A stretch of DNA of 44,957 nt. It comes from Bacillota bacterium (lineage in GTDB: Bacteria; Bacillota; Clostridia; Peptostreptococcales; Anaerovoracaceae). Each line of letters begins with the position of its first letter. Positions within the stretch are counted from its first letter, which is position 1. Below the pieces are notes generated by a model. That model ran no database searches. It was not told where the DNA came from and was given only the letters and a program-made list of their open reading frames with translations. The stretch lies in assembly GCA_041798185.1 (NCBI GenBank), contig JBHCAF010000111.1, positions 1-44,957 on the forward strand. The letters are read 5' to 3'. The position numbers were made by a program, and so were the translations under genes. Shown here piece after piece: positions 25,476 to 34,378 of this stretch.

Positions 25476-26249
25476 GTGATGATAAAACCCGAAAAGGCGT
25501 TAAGCCTTATCAGAACTGAATATCTGAAGCTCGATGAGCTGACTCGATCGGACACAAAAAATATCGAGCTGAAAATATCTGGGCGGCTGAAAAGAAATCT
25601 CGGATATTTCAGGGTGCTTGACGCGCCGTCCGCAAGGCTTCAGATCGTTTTATCAAGATCCGCGCTGAGATCTTACGATCTTATGTACGAGGTCTGCAGG
25701 CACGAATACGCGCACGCGATCGTGTATATGAGAGATCCCGGGAAAAATCATATGCACGACAGCGTATGGAAAGCGGCCGCGCGTGAGGTCGGCTGCATAC
25801 CGAGGGCTTCGATAAGAGCCGACAGGCTCATAGATTTCGATCAGCTTAGCATGGATCTCGAAAGCTCGCGTGGCGAATCCGATAAGCCGGCGGAACAGGC
25901 TGCAAAAGATAAACCGGAAGAACGATCCGGACAATATGATTCTGCGGGACAAGCCGAAAAACCGGCTGCAGCAGGCAATGAAAAGACTTATTATGTGTAT
26001 ATGCTTGAATGCGCTGACGGAAGTCTTTACACCGGTATAAGCACAGATCCGAAACGGCGCCTGAATGAACATAAACGATCGGCGCGAGGCGCGAAATACA
26101 CGAAGGCGCGTAAAGCGATAGCCATAGTTTATACAGAAGAAGCCGAAAACCGTTCAGAAGCCGCAAGGCGTGAGTATGAGATAAAACAGCTCACTAGAGC
26201 CGAAAAGCTTGAACTCATATTTAATAGTAGTAACTATTCCGAAAATTGA
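25476..26249 (+). CDS. Fusion protein: N-terminal SprT-like zinc metalloprotease + C-terminal GIY-YIG (YazA/YhbQ, COG2827-type) nuclease
   Basis: aa 1-120: 'RLKRNLGYF', HExxH 'CRHEYAHAIV' (nt 25701-25715), 'HDSVWK'. aa 121-170: acidic/Pro/Ala low-complexity linker. aa 171-248: 'YYVYMLECADGSLYTGISTDPKRRLNEH....GAKYT......IVYTE...NRSEAARREYEIKQLTRAEK'. Start is GTG 25476 or ATG 25479. Confidence 0.75.
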   Translation: MMIKPEKALSLIRTEYLKLDELTRSDTKNIELKISGRLKRNLGYFRVLDAPSARLQIVLSRSALRSYDLMYEVCRHEYAHAIVYMRDPGKNHMHDSVWKAAAREVGCIPRASIRADRLIDFDQLSMDLESSRGESDKPAEQAAKDKPEERSGQYDSAGQAEKPAAAGNEKTYYVYMLECADGSLYTGISTDPKRRLNEHKRSARGAKYTKARKAIAIVYTEEAENRSEAARREYEIKQLTRAEKLELIFNSSNYSEN

Positions 26250-26331
26250 TATTTTAGGAATAGATTACGCCGGTCAATGAAGTCCTCTTGTATCATTCTC
26301 CGCTGATTATCCTTGCTTATAAGCAAGTCCT

Positions 26332-26988
26332 CTATCCCATTATGATGCGGCTCAAATCGGCTACGCTTTCACAGTAAAAGTCTGCATTGGCGCGCATATA
26401 ATCGTTTATCTCTTTTATGTTGCCGTGAGACCATGCGGCGTACGCGAATCCGGCGCCGGCATTTCTTGCCATGGCTTCGCCGAAGCCGAGATCGTCGAGC
26501 ACGAGTATCTCGTCGGCTCTCAGACCGTGCTTTCGCATGAGAAATTCTATCGGATAAGCGTTCGGCTTGTTTTTTGATGCTTCAAGCTCGTTCCCGAAAA
26601 TTTCACCTATATTTATGCCCTGCCCTTTGTAATCCTTCGCTATCACATCGGACATCGAATAGGAAACGACCGCCGTTATCCCTCCGGCGGACTGATATGC
26701 TTTGATAAGCTCGGGGAAGCCCTGAAAAAACGAGACTCTTCTTTCTCCGATAAACTCGGCCCACATACGGTATTCTGTCTCTATCTCATCATCGGAAAAG
26801 CCGAATTCCGCTCTGAGATACTCGCTGAAGCCGGGAGCAAAGGATTTGCTCATAAAAGCGTCAAAAGAAAGAAGCTCGGCCTCTGGCCTCAGCTTCGGCA
26901 TTATCTCTCTGTATGCGGGGTAATGCAGCTCCTTTGAGCTGTTTACGGCGGTATCGTCGTGATCGAGCACAAGGCACTTAAACCTCAT
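26332..26988 (-). CDS. HAD-superfamily hydrolase (subfamily IA-like)
   Basis: Motif I 'VLDHDDT', motif II 'AVVSYS', motif III 'KNKP', motif IV 'LDDLGFG'. The ATG at 26988 (AAGAGG SD) is preferred over 27006. Confidence 0.75.
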   Translation of the reverse strand: MRFKCLVLDHDDTAVNSSKELHYPAYREIMPKLRPEAELLSFDAFMSKSFAPGFSEYLRAEFGFSDDEIETEYRMWAEFIGERRVSFFQGFPELIKAYQSAGGITAVVSYSMSDVIAKDYKGQGINIGEIFGNELEASKNKPNAYPIEFLMRKHGLRADEILVLDDLGFGEAMARNAGAGFAYAAWSHGNIKEINDYMRANADFYCESVADLSRIIMG

Positions 26989-27436
26989 CGCGGGAGCCTC
27001 TTTCAAAACGCAGCTTGTCCATATAGGACTGCAAAATTATCATCGCGGCCTGCTTGTCTACATACAGCTTTCTTTCCTTGCGTTTCATCCCGGTCTGCAT
27101 CATTATATCCTCGGCCATTTTTGTGGTGAAGCGTTCATCCATGAACACCAGCCTGCTTTTAAGGGCTGATGAACGCATTTTGTTTTCAAGAAGCTTCGCG
27201 AATTCACGCACCTTTTCTGTCTGAACGGAATCGCTGCCGTCGAGCATGACGGGAAGCCCGCAGACCACGGTATCGGCCTCGTACTGCCTTATATACTCGA
27301 TCAGCCTGTCGCAGTCCTTTCTGGCGCCTGTCCTTTCTATAGTCGTTACGCCCTGAGCGCTTATCATAAGCGGATCCGTCACAGCGACGCCTATTGTTTT
27401 ATCACCCACATCAAGGCCTATCATTCTTTTTGTCAA
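26978..27436 (-). CDS. ruvX: YqgF/RuvX putative pre-16S rRNA nuclease / Holliday junction resolvase-like
   Basis: 'MIGLDVGDKTIGVAVTD', 'VVCGLPVMLDGS', 'DERFTT..A', 'VDKQAAMIILQSY'. Confidence 0.9.
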   Translation of the reverse strand: MTKRMIGLDVGDKTIGVAVTDPLMISAQGVTTIERTGARKDCDRLIEYIRQYEADTVVCGLPVMLDGSDSVQTEKVREFAKLLENKMRSSALKSRLVFMDERFTTKMAEDIMMQTGMKRKERKLYVDKQAAMIILQSYMDKLRFERGSRDEV

Positions 27437-27500
27437 CTTAATCGCTCCTATTGCTTATCGCTCTTATAACTTCTTGTGCAAAAGCATAAATTTACCGGTA

Positions 27501-29318
27501 TCATTTTCTCTTAAAGAAATGCTCTATTTCGCTCTCTGAAAAGCGCAGAAAGCTCGGCCTTCCGTGAGGGCAGGAAAATGGGTTTTCGCAGCGGTCAAGC
27601 TCCTCGAAAAGGCTTTTTATCTCTTCCTCCGCAAGCTTGTCGCCGCCCTTTACCGCGGCCTTGCAGCTTGCCGATATTATTGCGTCCCGCTTTTCCTGAA
27701 AGCTTTCGGGATTATCCACATCGCTTTCGAGCACGCTGTTCACGAATATTTCGGCCTCCTGAAGCTTCAGAGACGCCGGTATCTCCTTTATGAGAAATTC
27801 GTTAGTGCCGAAGCCTTCTATGACAAAGCCTATGGAAGAAAGCAGACTGCCCCACTGCTCGAAGGCTGCGGTCTGCGCCGCCGTGGTATGTATTAGTATC
27901 GGCGCTATCAGTATTTGAGAAGCCGTCTCGTCTCCGTTGAATTTTGAAAGCAGCTTTTCATACATGATCCTTTCATGTGCGGCGTGCTGGTCTATTATAT
28001 AGATATTTTTTTCGTCCTTGGCAAGAATATAGGTCGTGAACAGCTGGGCGATAGCCTGAAGTCCGCTGAACAGAAAACGGCGCTCGCGACCCAGCTCTTT
28101 TTTAAGCTCCTCAGAGACCTTTATCATTGGAATTTCAATGCTTTGTTGTTCTTCTCTAAGGCTTTTAAAGAGCTCTTCCTCCCCATCTATTGACAGGAAT
28201 ATGTTATGGTTAATCGACTCATTTTGTGGATAATTAAGCACTTTTTGCACAGTTTTATCCACATTTCTACTGCCCTTATCCACCAAATCAGCAATATCGG
28301 GAGCAGCCTCTGTGGATAAAAGCGCTTTACGCACGGCGAGTACGGTGAAGTCTTTTATCAGAGCCTCGTCATAAAATTTTATTTCCGTCTTGTTGGGGTG
28401 AACATTTACATCTATCGAGGACGGCTCAAGCTCTAAAAACAGATAGGCCGCCGGATATCTTCCGTCAAAAAGCTTGTCATGATAGGCTTCGTCTATCGCG
28501 CTGTCAAGAACGCGGCTTCTGATCCATCTGCCGTTTACGAAGAATATCTGTCCCCTCTTGTTCGGCTTGCTGAATTCCGAGCCCGAAACATAGCCGTAGA
28601 CCCGCATACCGGGCTGAGAATAGCTCACCTCTACCAAAGACCTCGCCATTTGAGGGCTGTAAAGGCTTATTATGACATCGAAAAGACTGCCCTTTCCGAG
28701 CGTCGAAAAGAGTATGGTGCCGTTATTGATAAATCTTAACTTGATATCGGGGTAAGCCAACGCCATTTTTTGCAGATAATCCGCAATCAGGCTGCTTTCC
28801 GTATTGTCGGGCTTAAGGAATTTTTTTCTGACAGGGATATTATAAAAAAGATCCCGAACTATTATGGTAGTCCCGTCCTCGCAGGCGGCGTCGCTCAGCA
28901 GCGTCTTTTCACCGCCCTCAAAGACTATCTTTGAGCCGATGATTTCAGAGGCGGGCTTTGATATCAGCTCTGTTTTGCTGACAGCCGCGACCGAGGCCAG
29001 GGCTTCGCCTCTGAAGCCGAGCGAATGTATATTCAAAAGGTCTTCTTCCGTTGATATCTTGGAGGTGGCATATCTTTGAAAGGCGAGCTCAAGCTGGTCT
29101 TTTTCTATGCCGCGGCCGTTGTCGGTCACCCTTATATATTCCTTGCCGCCTCGTTTGATCTCTACGGTAACGGCGCTCGCGCCGGCGTCTATGGAGTTCT
29201 CGAGCAACTCTTTTACTATGGAAAGAGGTCTTTCGACGACCTCTCCCGCAGCGATCTTGCTGGCGAGTTCCTTTGACAGGGCTTTGATTTTACTTAAACC
29301 AAGAAATCTGGATCTCAT
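27501..29318 (-). CDS. mutL: DNA mismatch repair endonuclease MutL
   Basis: 'IAAGEVVERPLSIVKELLENSIDAGA', 'GFRGEALASV', endonuclease motif 'DQHAAHERIMYE', C-terminal 'CPHGRP'. Confidence 0.96.
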   Translation of the reverse strand: MRSRFLGLSKIKALSKELASKIAAGEVVERPLSIVKELLENSIDAGASAVTVEIKRGGKEYIRVTDNGRGIEKDQLELAFQRYATSKISTEEDLLNIHSLGFRGEALASVAAVSKTELISKPASEIIGSKIVFEGGEKTLLSDAACEDGTTIIVRDLFYNIPVRKKFLKPDNTESSLIADYLQKMALAYPDIKLRFINNGTILFSTLGKGSLFDVIISLYSPQMARSLVEVSYSQPGMRVYGYVSGSEFSKPNKRGQIFFVNGRWIRSRVLDSAIDEAYHDKLFDGRYPAAYLFLELEPSSIDVNVHPNKTEIKFYDEALIKDFTVLAVRKALLSTEAAPDIADLVDKGSRNVDKTVQKVLNYPQNESINHNIFLSIDGEEELFKSLREEQQSIEIPMIKVSEELKKELGRERRFLFSGLQAIAQLFTTYILAKDEKNIYIIDQHAAHERIMYEKLLSKFNGDETASQILIAPILIHTTAAQTAAFEQWGSLLSSIGFVIEGFGTNEFLIKEIPASLKLQEAEIFVNSVLESDVDNPESFQEKRDAIISASCKAAVKGGDKLAEEEIKSLFEELDRCENPFSCPHGRPSFLRFSESEIEHFFKRK

Positions 29319-31653
29319 CTTTGTCCTTCCTCAGATCAACAGCTTTGGCCGATAAAAGCTCAAGCTTTTCATTCGCGGATATAAGCACGGATTCAGGCAC
29401 TCCGGCAAGCTTCGCCACATGTATGCCGTAGCTTCTTGAGGCGCTGCCCTCTCTGATCTTGTGAAGAAATACTATATTTCCGTTTTCCTCCGCCACATCA
29501 ACCGTAAGATTTCTGACTCCCTTTATCTCTCCGGGCAGAGCCGTGAGCTCATGATAGTGAGTCGCGAACAGAGTTCTTATGCCTCGCCTGCTCAGCTCTT
29601 CGACGACAGCCCAGGCTATTGAAAGCCCGTCGTAGGTCGAAGTGCCCCTGCCTATCTCATCAAGGATAACAAGGCTGCTGTCCGTTGCGGTATTAAGTAT
29701 AAAGGCAAGCTCCGACATTTCCACAAAGAAGGTCGACTGTCCCATTGCAAGATTGTCAGAGGCCCCTATCCTTGTATATATCCTGTCGCATATTCCTATT
29801 TCGGCAGCGTCCGCAGGTACGAAGGAGCCCGCCTGAGCCATAAGAACTATTAGCGCGAGCTGCCTCATATATGTGGACTTTCCGCTCATATTAGGGCCCG
29901 TTATGAGGAGCATTGAGGCGTTTTGCTTGTCGAGATAAAGGTCGTTTGAAATAAAAAGTCCGTCCTTTATAAAGCTTTCTATGACAGGATGCCTGCCTCT
30001 TCTTATGATTATCTTATCGCCCTCGCTCATGCGGGGCTTGCAGTAATCATGCTTTACCGCCGTCTCCGCGAAGGAGCGCAGCACATCGACGGCAGCGATA
30101 GCCGCCGAGCTTTTTTGAATCTCTCTTGTCAGCGCGCTTATGGAAGAGCAAAGCTCCCGGAACAGTCTGTACTCAAGCGCGTTTATTTTATCCCGCGCGT
30201 TAAGAACGACGGACTCCGCCTCCTTGAGCTCGGCCGTTATATATCTTTCCGCGTTCACCAGCGTCTGCTTTCTGATGTATTCCGCGGGCACCTGAGAAGC
30301 GAGGGCCTTTGATACCTCGATATAATAACCGAAGACCTTATTGAAGCCGAGCTTGAGCGTTCTTATGCCGGTTCTTTCTTTTTCGGCCGCCTCAAGCGAA
30401 TTTATCCATGCCGCCTTGTCGGCTATCGACCCCGTCAGACCGTCAAGTTCTTCTGAATAGCCGGGCTTTATCATGCCTCCCTCGCGCAGCGAAAACGGAG
30501 GCTCATCCTTAACGGCTCTTTCTATCAGCTCGTACAAGTCTTTGAAGTCATATATATCAGAGCTCAAATCAGACAGCAGCTCCGAGCCGCTCTCTTTCAG
30601 ATCTGCTTTCAGCTCTGGAAGAGCCGCAACGGAGTTCTTGAGGGCTATAAGATCGCGGCAGTTTGCCGTGCCTGTGGCAATTCTTGATATAAGCCTTTCA
30701 AGATCGTATACGGGCTTCAGCTCTTCTTTTATATTATTGCCGAGTATCAGATCGTTCACAAGGCAGTCGACAGCGTCGAGCCTTTTTTCGATAAGCTCTT
30801 TTTTAAGCAGAGGCTCTCTGAGCCATGACTTCATCTTGCGGCTTCCCATTGCCGTGCAGCAGTGATCAAGGACTCCGAGCAGCGAGCCGTTGACCTTTCT
30901 GTCGAATAATGTCTCGGTAAGCTCGAGGTTTTTTACGGTCGCCTTATCAAGGCACATCACATCGCCTATCCTGAGCCTTTTCAGCTCGGACAGATGACTG
31001 ATATCGCTCTTTTGAGTCTCGCGCAGGTATATCAGGAGATTTTCAACGGCGTTGTCAGCTTTCCTGTATATCGAAGAGACACAGTTGTCCAAAAATTCAA
31101 GCTTATCCGTGAAATCAATATTGGAAATAATCTCTCTTGGCTGAAGCTTTATCAGCTCCGCCATGAGCTGCTCATCCTTTGATTCTCCGCCTATCTGAAC
31201 GGCGCAGAATTCTCCGGTCGATATATCGGCCCAAGCGCAGTCGTACTGTCCGTCGAATATGACGGACATAAGAAAATTGTTGCTGTGCTCGTCGAGCATT
31301 GATGAGGAAAGGACAGTCCCGGGAGTTATTATCCTTATTACTTCCCTCTCCACTATGCCCTTGCTTTCGCTCGGGTCGCTCATCTGCTCGCAGATGGCAA
31401 GCTTGTGGCCCTTTTCTATGAGCTTTGCTATATAAGGATCCGCCGAGTGATACGGAACTCCGCACATGGGCGCGAATTCTCCGTCTCCGCAGGCTTTTTT
31501 CGTAAGCGCGACATCCATATCTTTTGAGGCGGTGATAGCGTCATCAAAAAACATCTCATAAAAATCGCCCAAGCGGAAAAAGAGTATGCAATCCTCATAC
31601 TGCCTTTTGATTTCCAGATATTGTTCTATCATCGGCGTATATGCCATGATCAC
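29290..31653 (-). CDS. mutS: DNA mismatch repair protein MutS
   Basis: 'TPMIEQYLEIKRQYEDCILFFRLGDFYEMFFDDA', Walker A 'GPNMSGKSTYMRQ', 'DEIGRGTSTYDG', 'FATHYHEL'. At 787 aa it has a short C-terminus ending '...EIQISWFK'. Confidence 0.96.
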   Translation of the reverse strand: MIMAYTPMIEQYLEIKRQYEDCILFFRLGDFYEMFFDDAITASKDMDVALTKKACGDGEFAPMCGVPYHSADPYIAKLIEKGHKLAICEQMSDPSESKGIVEREVIRIITPGTVLSSSMLDEHSNNFLMSVIFDGQYDCAWADISTGEFCAVQIGGESKDEQLMAELIKLQPREIISNIDFTDKLEFLDNCVSSIYRKADNAVENLLIYLRETQKSDISHLSELKRLRIGDVMCLDKATVKNLELTETLFDRKVNGSLLGVLDHCCTAMGSRKMKSWLREPLLKKELIEKRLDAVDCLVNDLILGNNIKEELKPVYDLERLISRIATGTANCRDLIALKNSVAALPELKADLKESGSELLSDLSSDIYDFKDLYELIERAVKDEPPFSLREGGMIKPGYSEELDGLTGSIADKAAWINSLEAAEKERTGIRTLKLGFNKVFGYYIEVSKALASQVPAEYIRKQTLVNAERYITAELKEAESVVLNARDKINALEYRLFRELCSSISALTREIQKSSAAIAAVDVLRSFAETAVKHDYCKPRMSEGDKIIIRRGRHPVIESFIKDGLFISNDLYLDKQNASMLLITGPNMSGKSTYMRQLALIVLMAQAGSFVPADAAEIGICDRIYTRIGASDNLAMGQSTFFVEMSELAFILNTATDSSLVILDEIGRGTSTYDGLSIAWAVVEELSRRGIRTLFATHYHELTALPGEIKGVRNLTVDVAEENGNIVFLHKIREGSASRSYGIHVAKLAGVPESVLISANEKLELLSAKAVDLRKDKDEIQISWFK

Positions 31654-31694
31654 GCTCCTTGATCGCTGACTTCAAATGAATGACCCGATATATA

Positions 31695-31722
31695 ATAATA
31701 CGACAAACGGCGAGCCTGTAAA
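31695..31722 (-). promoter_or_regulatory. Possible mutS promoter TTTACA-16-TATTAT (minus strand)
   Basis: -35 is the complement of 31717-31722, inside the duplicated 15-mer. -10 is the complement of 31695-31700. About 40 nt upstream of the mutS ATG. Confidence 0.3.
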
Positions 31723-31747
31723 AGCTTATACCGTAAAAGCTTATACC
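31718..31747. repeat. Perfect tandem duplication 2 x 15 bp (GTAAAAGCTTATACC)
   Basis: Units at 31718-31732 and 31733-31747. The second unit contains the tlyA stop codon (31741-31743). The first lies in the tlyA-mutS spacer. Confidence 0.95.
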
Positions 31748-32538
31748 AGGGAAAGCTCGGCGTGAGCCTTGCTTACAACAGCCGCCGTATCTATCTCAAC
31801 GGCTTCTTCGATTTTTGAAAGATAAAGAAGAAACTCTATATTTCCCTTGCTTCCGGTAACGGGTGAAAAGCTGAGCGCTCTCGGATAAAGACCGTTGTCC
31901 CTCGCAAAGCCCAAGACTTTTTCTATTACCTCTTTGTGGACCTCGGCGTCCTTTACTATGCCGTTCTTTCCGACCTGCTCACGGCCCGCCTCAAACTGCG
32001 GCTTGATAAGGCAGACAAGGCTGCCGTCATCTTTAAGCAGAGCGGAAACTACAGGAAACATCAGCTTAAGCGAAATAAAGCTCACATCGGCGCAGGCAAA
32101 ATCGGGTTTTTCGGGGATGTCGTCCTCTTTCATATACCTGAAATTGATCTTCTCCATGCAGACGACTCTTTTGTCCTGCCGCAGGCTGTAGGCAAGCTGT
32201 CCGTAGCCGACATCCACAGCATATACCCTCGCCGCTCCGTTCTGAAGCAGGCAGTCGGTAAAGCCCCCTGTCGAGGCGCCTATATCTATGCAGCAGAGAC
32301 CTTCGACATTTATGCCGAAGCAGCAGAGAGCCTTGGCAAGCTTAAGTCCGCCGCGGGAGACATAGGGGCAGCTTCCGCTCTTCAGCTCGATGAGCGCGTC
32401 TTCATCCGTCGCTGTTCCGGCCTTATCAGAGATCCTGCCGTCGACAAAAACAAGCCCTGCCATAACGGCGGCCTTCGCCTTTTCCCGCGAGCTGAAAAAG
32501 CCTCGCTCAAGCAATAATATATCAAGCCTTTTTTTCAA
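31741..32538 (-). CDS. tlyA: TlyA-family rRNA (cytidine-2'-O)-methyltransferase (S4 + FtsJ domains)
   Basis: 'KRLDILLLERGFFSSREKAKAAVMAGLVFVDG' (S4), 'SRGGLKL', 'DIGASTGGFTDCLLQNGA', 'DVSFISL', 'LIKPQFE'. Confidence 0.92.
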   Translation of the reverse strand: MKKRLDILLLERGFFSSREKAKAAVMAGLVFVDGRISDKAGTATDEDALIELKSGSCPYVSRGGLKLAKALCCFGINVEGLCCIDIGASTGGFTDCLLQNGAARVYAVDVGYGQLAYSLRQDKRVVCMEKINFRYMKEDDIPEKPDFACADVSFISLKLMFPVVSALLKDDGSLVCLIKPQFEAGREQVGKNGIVKDAEVHKEVIEKVLGFARDNGLYPRALSFSPVTGSKGNIEFLLYLSKIEEAVEIDTAAVVSKAHAELSLV

Positions 32539-34378
32539 GAAAGTCCTCGCAATGCTTTGCTATCCCTGCCGCGTCAAGCCCGTAGCGTTGCCGCAGCTCG
32601 GATATAGCGCCGTGCTCTATAAATTTATCGGGCCAAGCCATAACGGAGATCTTCGGGGCGTCTGCCTCGCTGAAATAGCGGGATACGCTTTCGCCGAGAC
32701 CTCCGCAGGGACATGCGTCCTCTACGCAGACAATTTTATCATATCTGTCTCTTATGCTGTCCAGAAATTCTTTTTGAAGAGGCTTCAGTCTTCGCATATT
32801 ATATACGGCTGCCTCGATGCCTTTTTCTTCGAGTATATGTTTTGCCGCTGCGGCCTCCCTTACCATTGAGCCGAGAGCCAGTATCGCGAAGCTGCCGTCA
32901 GTTCCGAGAAGCTCCGCCTCGCTTATTTTAACGCTGGAGCCGAGACCGCCGAGATCGTGATCCTTATCTCTCGGATAGCGTATAGCCACCGGAGAATCAA
33001 GGCTCAGCGCGTATTCAAGCATAGCCTCAAGCTCCGCTCCGTCTTTGGGCGCAAGCAGCGTCATATTTGGTATGCTGTTCAGATAGGATATATCGAACAT
33101 GCCCTGATGAGTTTCTCCGTCTCGTCCCGTTATTCCTGCTCGGTCTATTGCGAAAACGACCGGAAGCTTCTGAAGAGCGACCTCCGTCACTATCTGATCA
33201 TAGGCTCTTTGCAGAAATGTCGAATAAATCGCGACTACCGGCCTCATTCCGTTAAGCGCAAGCCCCGCGGCAAAGGATACCGCGTGCTGCTCGGCTATAC
33301 CTACATCAAAGCTCCTTTCGGGAAACTCCTTTTGCATATAGGAAAGTCCTGTGGCCCCGACCATGGCGGCGGAGACCGCAGCCACATTCGGGTTTTCTCT
33401 TGCGAGCGATACGAGCTTTCTTCCGAAAATATCGGAATAAGAGCTTCTGTCCTCGGAGTCTCTGATTCCGGCCTCCGCGGGATCGAAGCTCCCGACGCCG
33501 TGATACTTGGCCGGATTTTTTTCGGCAGGAACAAAGCCCTTGCCCTTTTTTGTGACCACATGCACCAGCACGGGTCTGTTGAGACCTTTAGCCACCTCAA
33601 AGACCTCGCACATTTCTTTTATATCATGCCCGTCTATGGGGCCGAAATACTTAAAGCCGAGCTCCTCGAATATGCCTGTCGGTATTATCGCGTGCTTTAT
33701 AAGGTCTCTGGTATTTCTAAGCAGCTTATAGATCTTAGGGAAATTTCCGAGAGTATCCTTGAGACCTTTTTTGAATCTCAGATAGCTTGCCGATGTCCTC
33801 AGATTATGAAGATGCTCCGCCAGACCTCCTATCGAACCCTCTATCGACATCTGATTGTCGTTCAGTATGACTATGAGCGGTGTTCGGCTGCTGCCCGCGG
33901 CATTAAGAGCCTCAAAGGAAACTCCTCCGGTCAAAGCTCCGTCGCCTATAACGGCAATGCAGCTGTATTTTTCGTTTCGAAGATCTCTCGCTACTGCATA
34001 GCCCAGGGCGGCCGATACGGATGTGCTGCTGTGACCAGAATCGTACGCGTCATGAGGGCTTTCCGATCTTTTCGGAAAACCCGATATGCCGTCAAGCTGC
34101 CTGAGACTGTCAAACTCGGCCTTTCTTCCGGTGATTATCTTGTGTACATAGCTTTGATGTCCGACATCGAAAACGATCTTATCATCGGGACTATCAAAAA
34201 CCTTGTGAAGTGCGATAGTGAGCTCGACAACGCCGAGATTAGAAGCCAGATGACCGCCCGTTTTTGACACGGAGCTTATGATAAACTCGCGAAGCTCCAC
34301 CGCGAAAAGCTCGAGCTCTTTTTCGGACATACGCTTGATGTCGTTTATATAATTGTCTTTTATTTCGTCTGAAAACAT
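32522..34378 (-). CDS. dxs: 1-deoxy-D-xylulose-5-phosphate synthase
   Basis: 'GGHLASNLGVVELT', 'DVGHQSY.HK', 'GHSSTSVSAALG', ThDP motif 'GDGALTGG', 'NDN.MSI'. Confidence 0.97.
   Translation of the reverse strand: MFSDEIKDNYINDIKRMSEKELELFAVELREFIISSVSKTGGHLASNLGVVELTIALHKVFDSPDDKIVFDVGHQSYVHKIITGRKAEFDSLRQLDGISGFPKRSESPHDAYDSGHSSTSVSAALGYAVARDLRNEKYSCIAVIGDGALTGGVSFEALNAAGSSRTPLIVILNDNQMSIEGSIGGLAEHLHNLRTSASYLRFKKGLKDTLGNFPKIYKLLRNTRDLIKHAIIPTGIFEELGFKYFGPIDGHDIKEMCEVFEVAKGLNRPVLVHVVTKKGKGFVPAEKNPAKYHGVGSFDPAEAGIRDSEDRSSYSDIFGRKLVSLARENPNVAAVSAAMVGATGLSYMQKEFPERSFDVGIAEQHAVSFAAGLALNGMRPVVAIYSTFLQRAYDQIVTEVALQKLPVVFAIDRAGITGRDGETHQGMFDISYLNSIPNMTLLAPKDGAELEAMLEYALSLDSPVAIRYPRDKDHDLGGLGSSVKISEAELLGTDGSFAILALGSMVREAAAAKHILEEKGIEAAVYNMRRLKPLQKEFLDSIRDRYDKIVCVEDACPCGGLGESVSRYFSEADAPKISVMAWPDKFIEHGAISELRQRYGLDAAGIAKHCEDFLEKKA

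Noticed and set aside
26312-26327. 16-bp perfect palindrome CTTGCTTATAAGCAAG at the convergent junction between the SprT-GIY-YIG gene and the HAD gene, considered as a bidirectional terminator
   Set aside because: The stem is only 6 bp with a 4-nt loop and no U-tract on either strand, so it is not a canonical intrinsic terminator. It may still pause or stabilise transcripts, but the evidence is insufficient to call it.
31687-31704. AT-rich GATATATAATAATACGAC segment upstream of mutS, considered as a dif-like Xer site for the orphan recombinase
   Set aside because: It only loosely resembles the AT-rich centre of the Firmicute dif site as I recall it, and the flanking arm sequences do not match. 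It is better explained as the -10 region of the mutS promoter.
32957-34267. 436-aa ORF on the plus strand antisense to dxs
   Set aside because: Same explanation. It is in the same triplet phase as dxs (both have position mod 3 = 2), has a low-complexity R/S/L-rich sequence and no ribosome-binding site. The dxs motifs are all on the minus strand.
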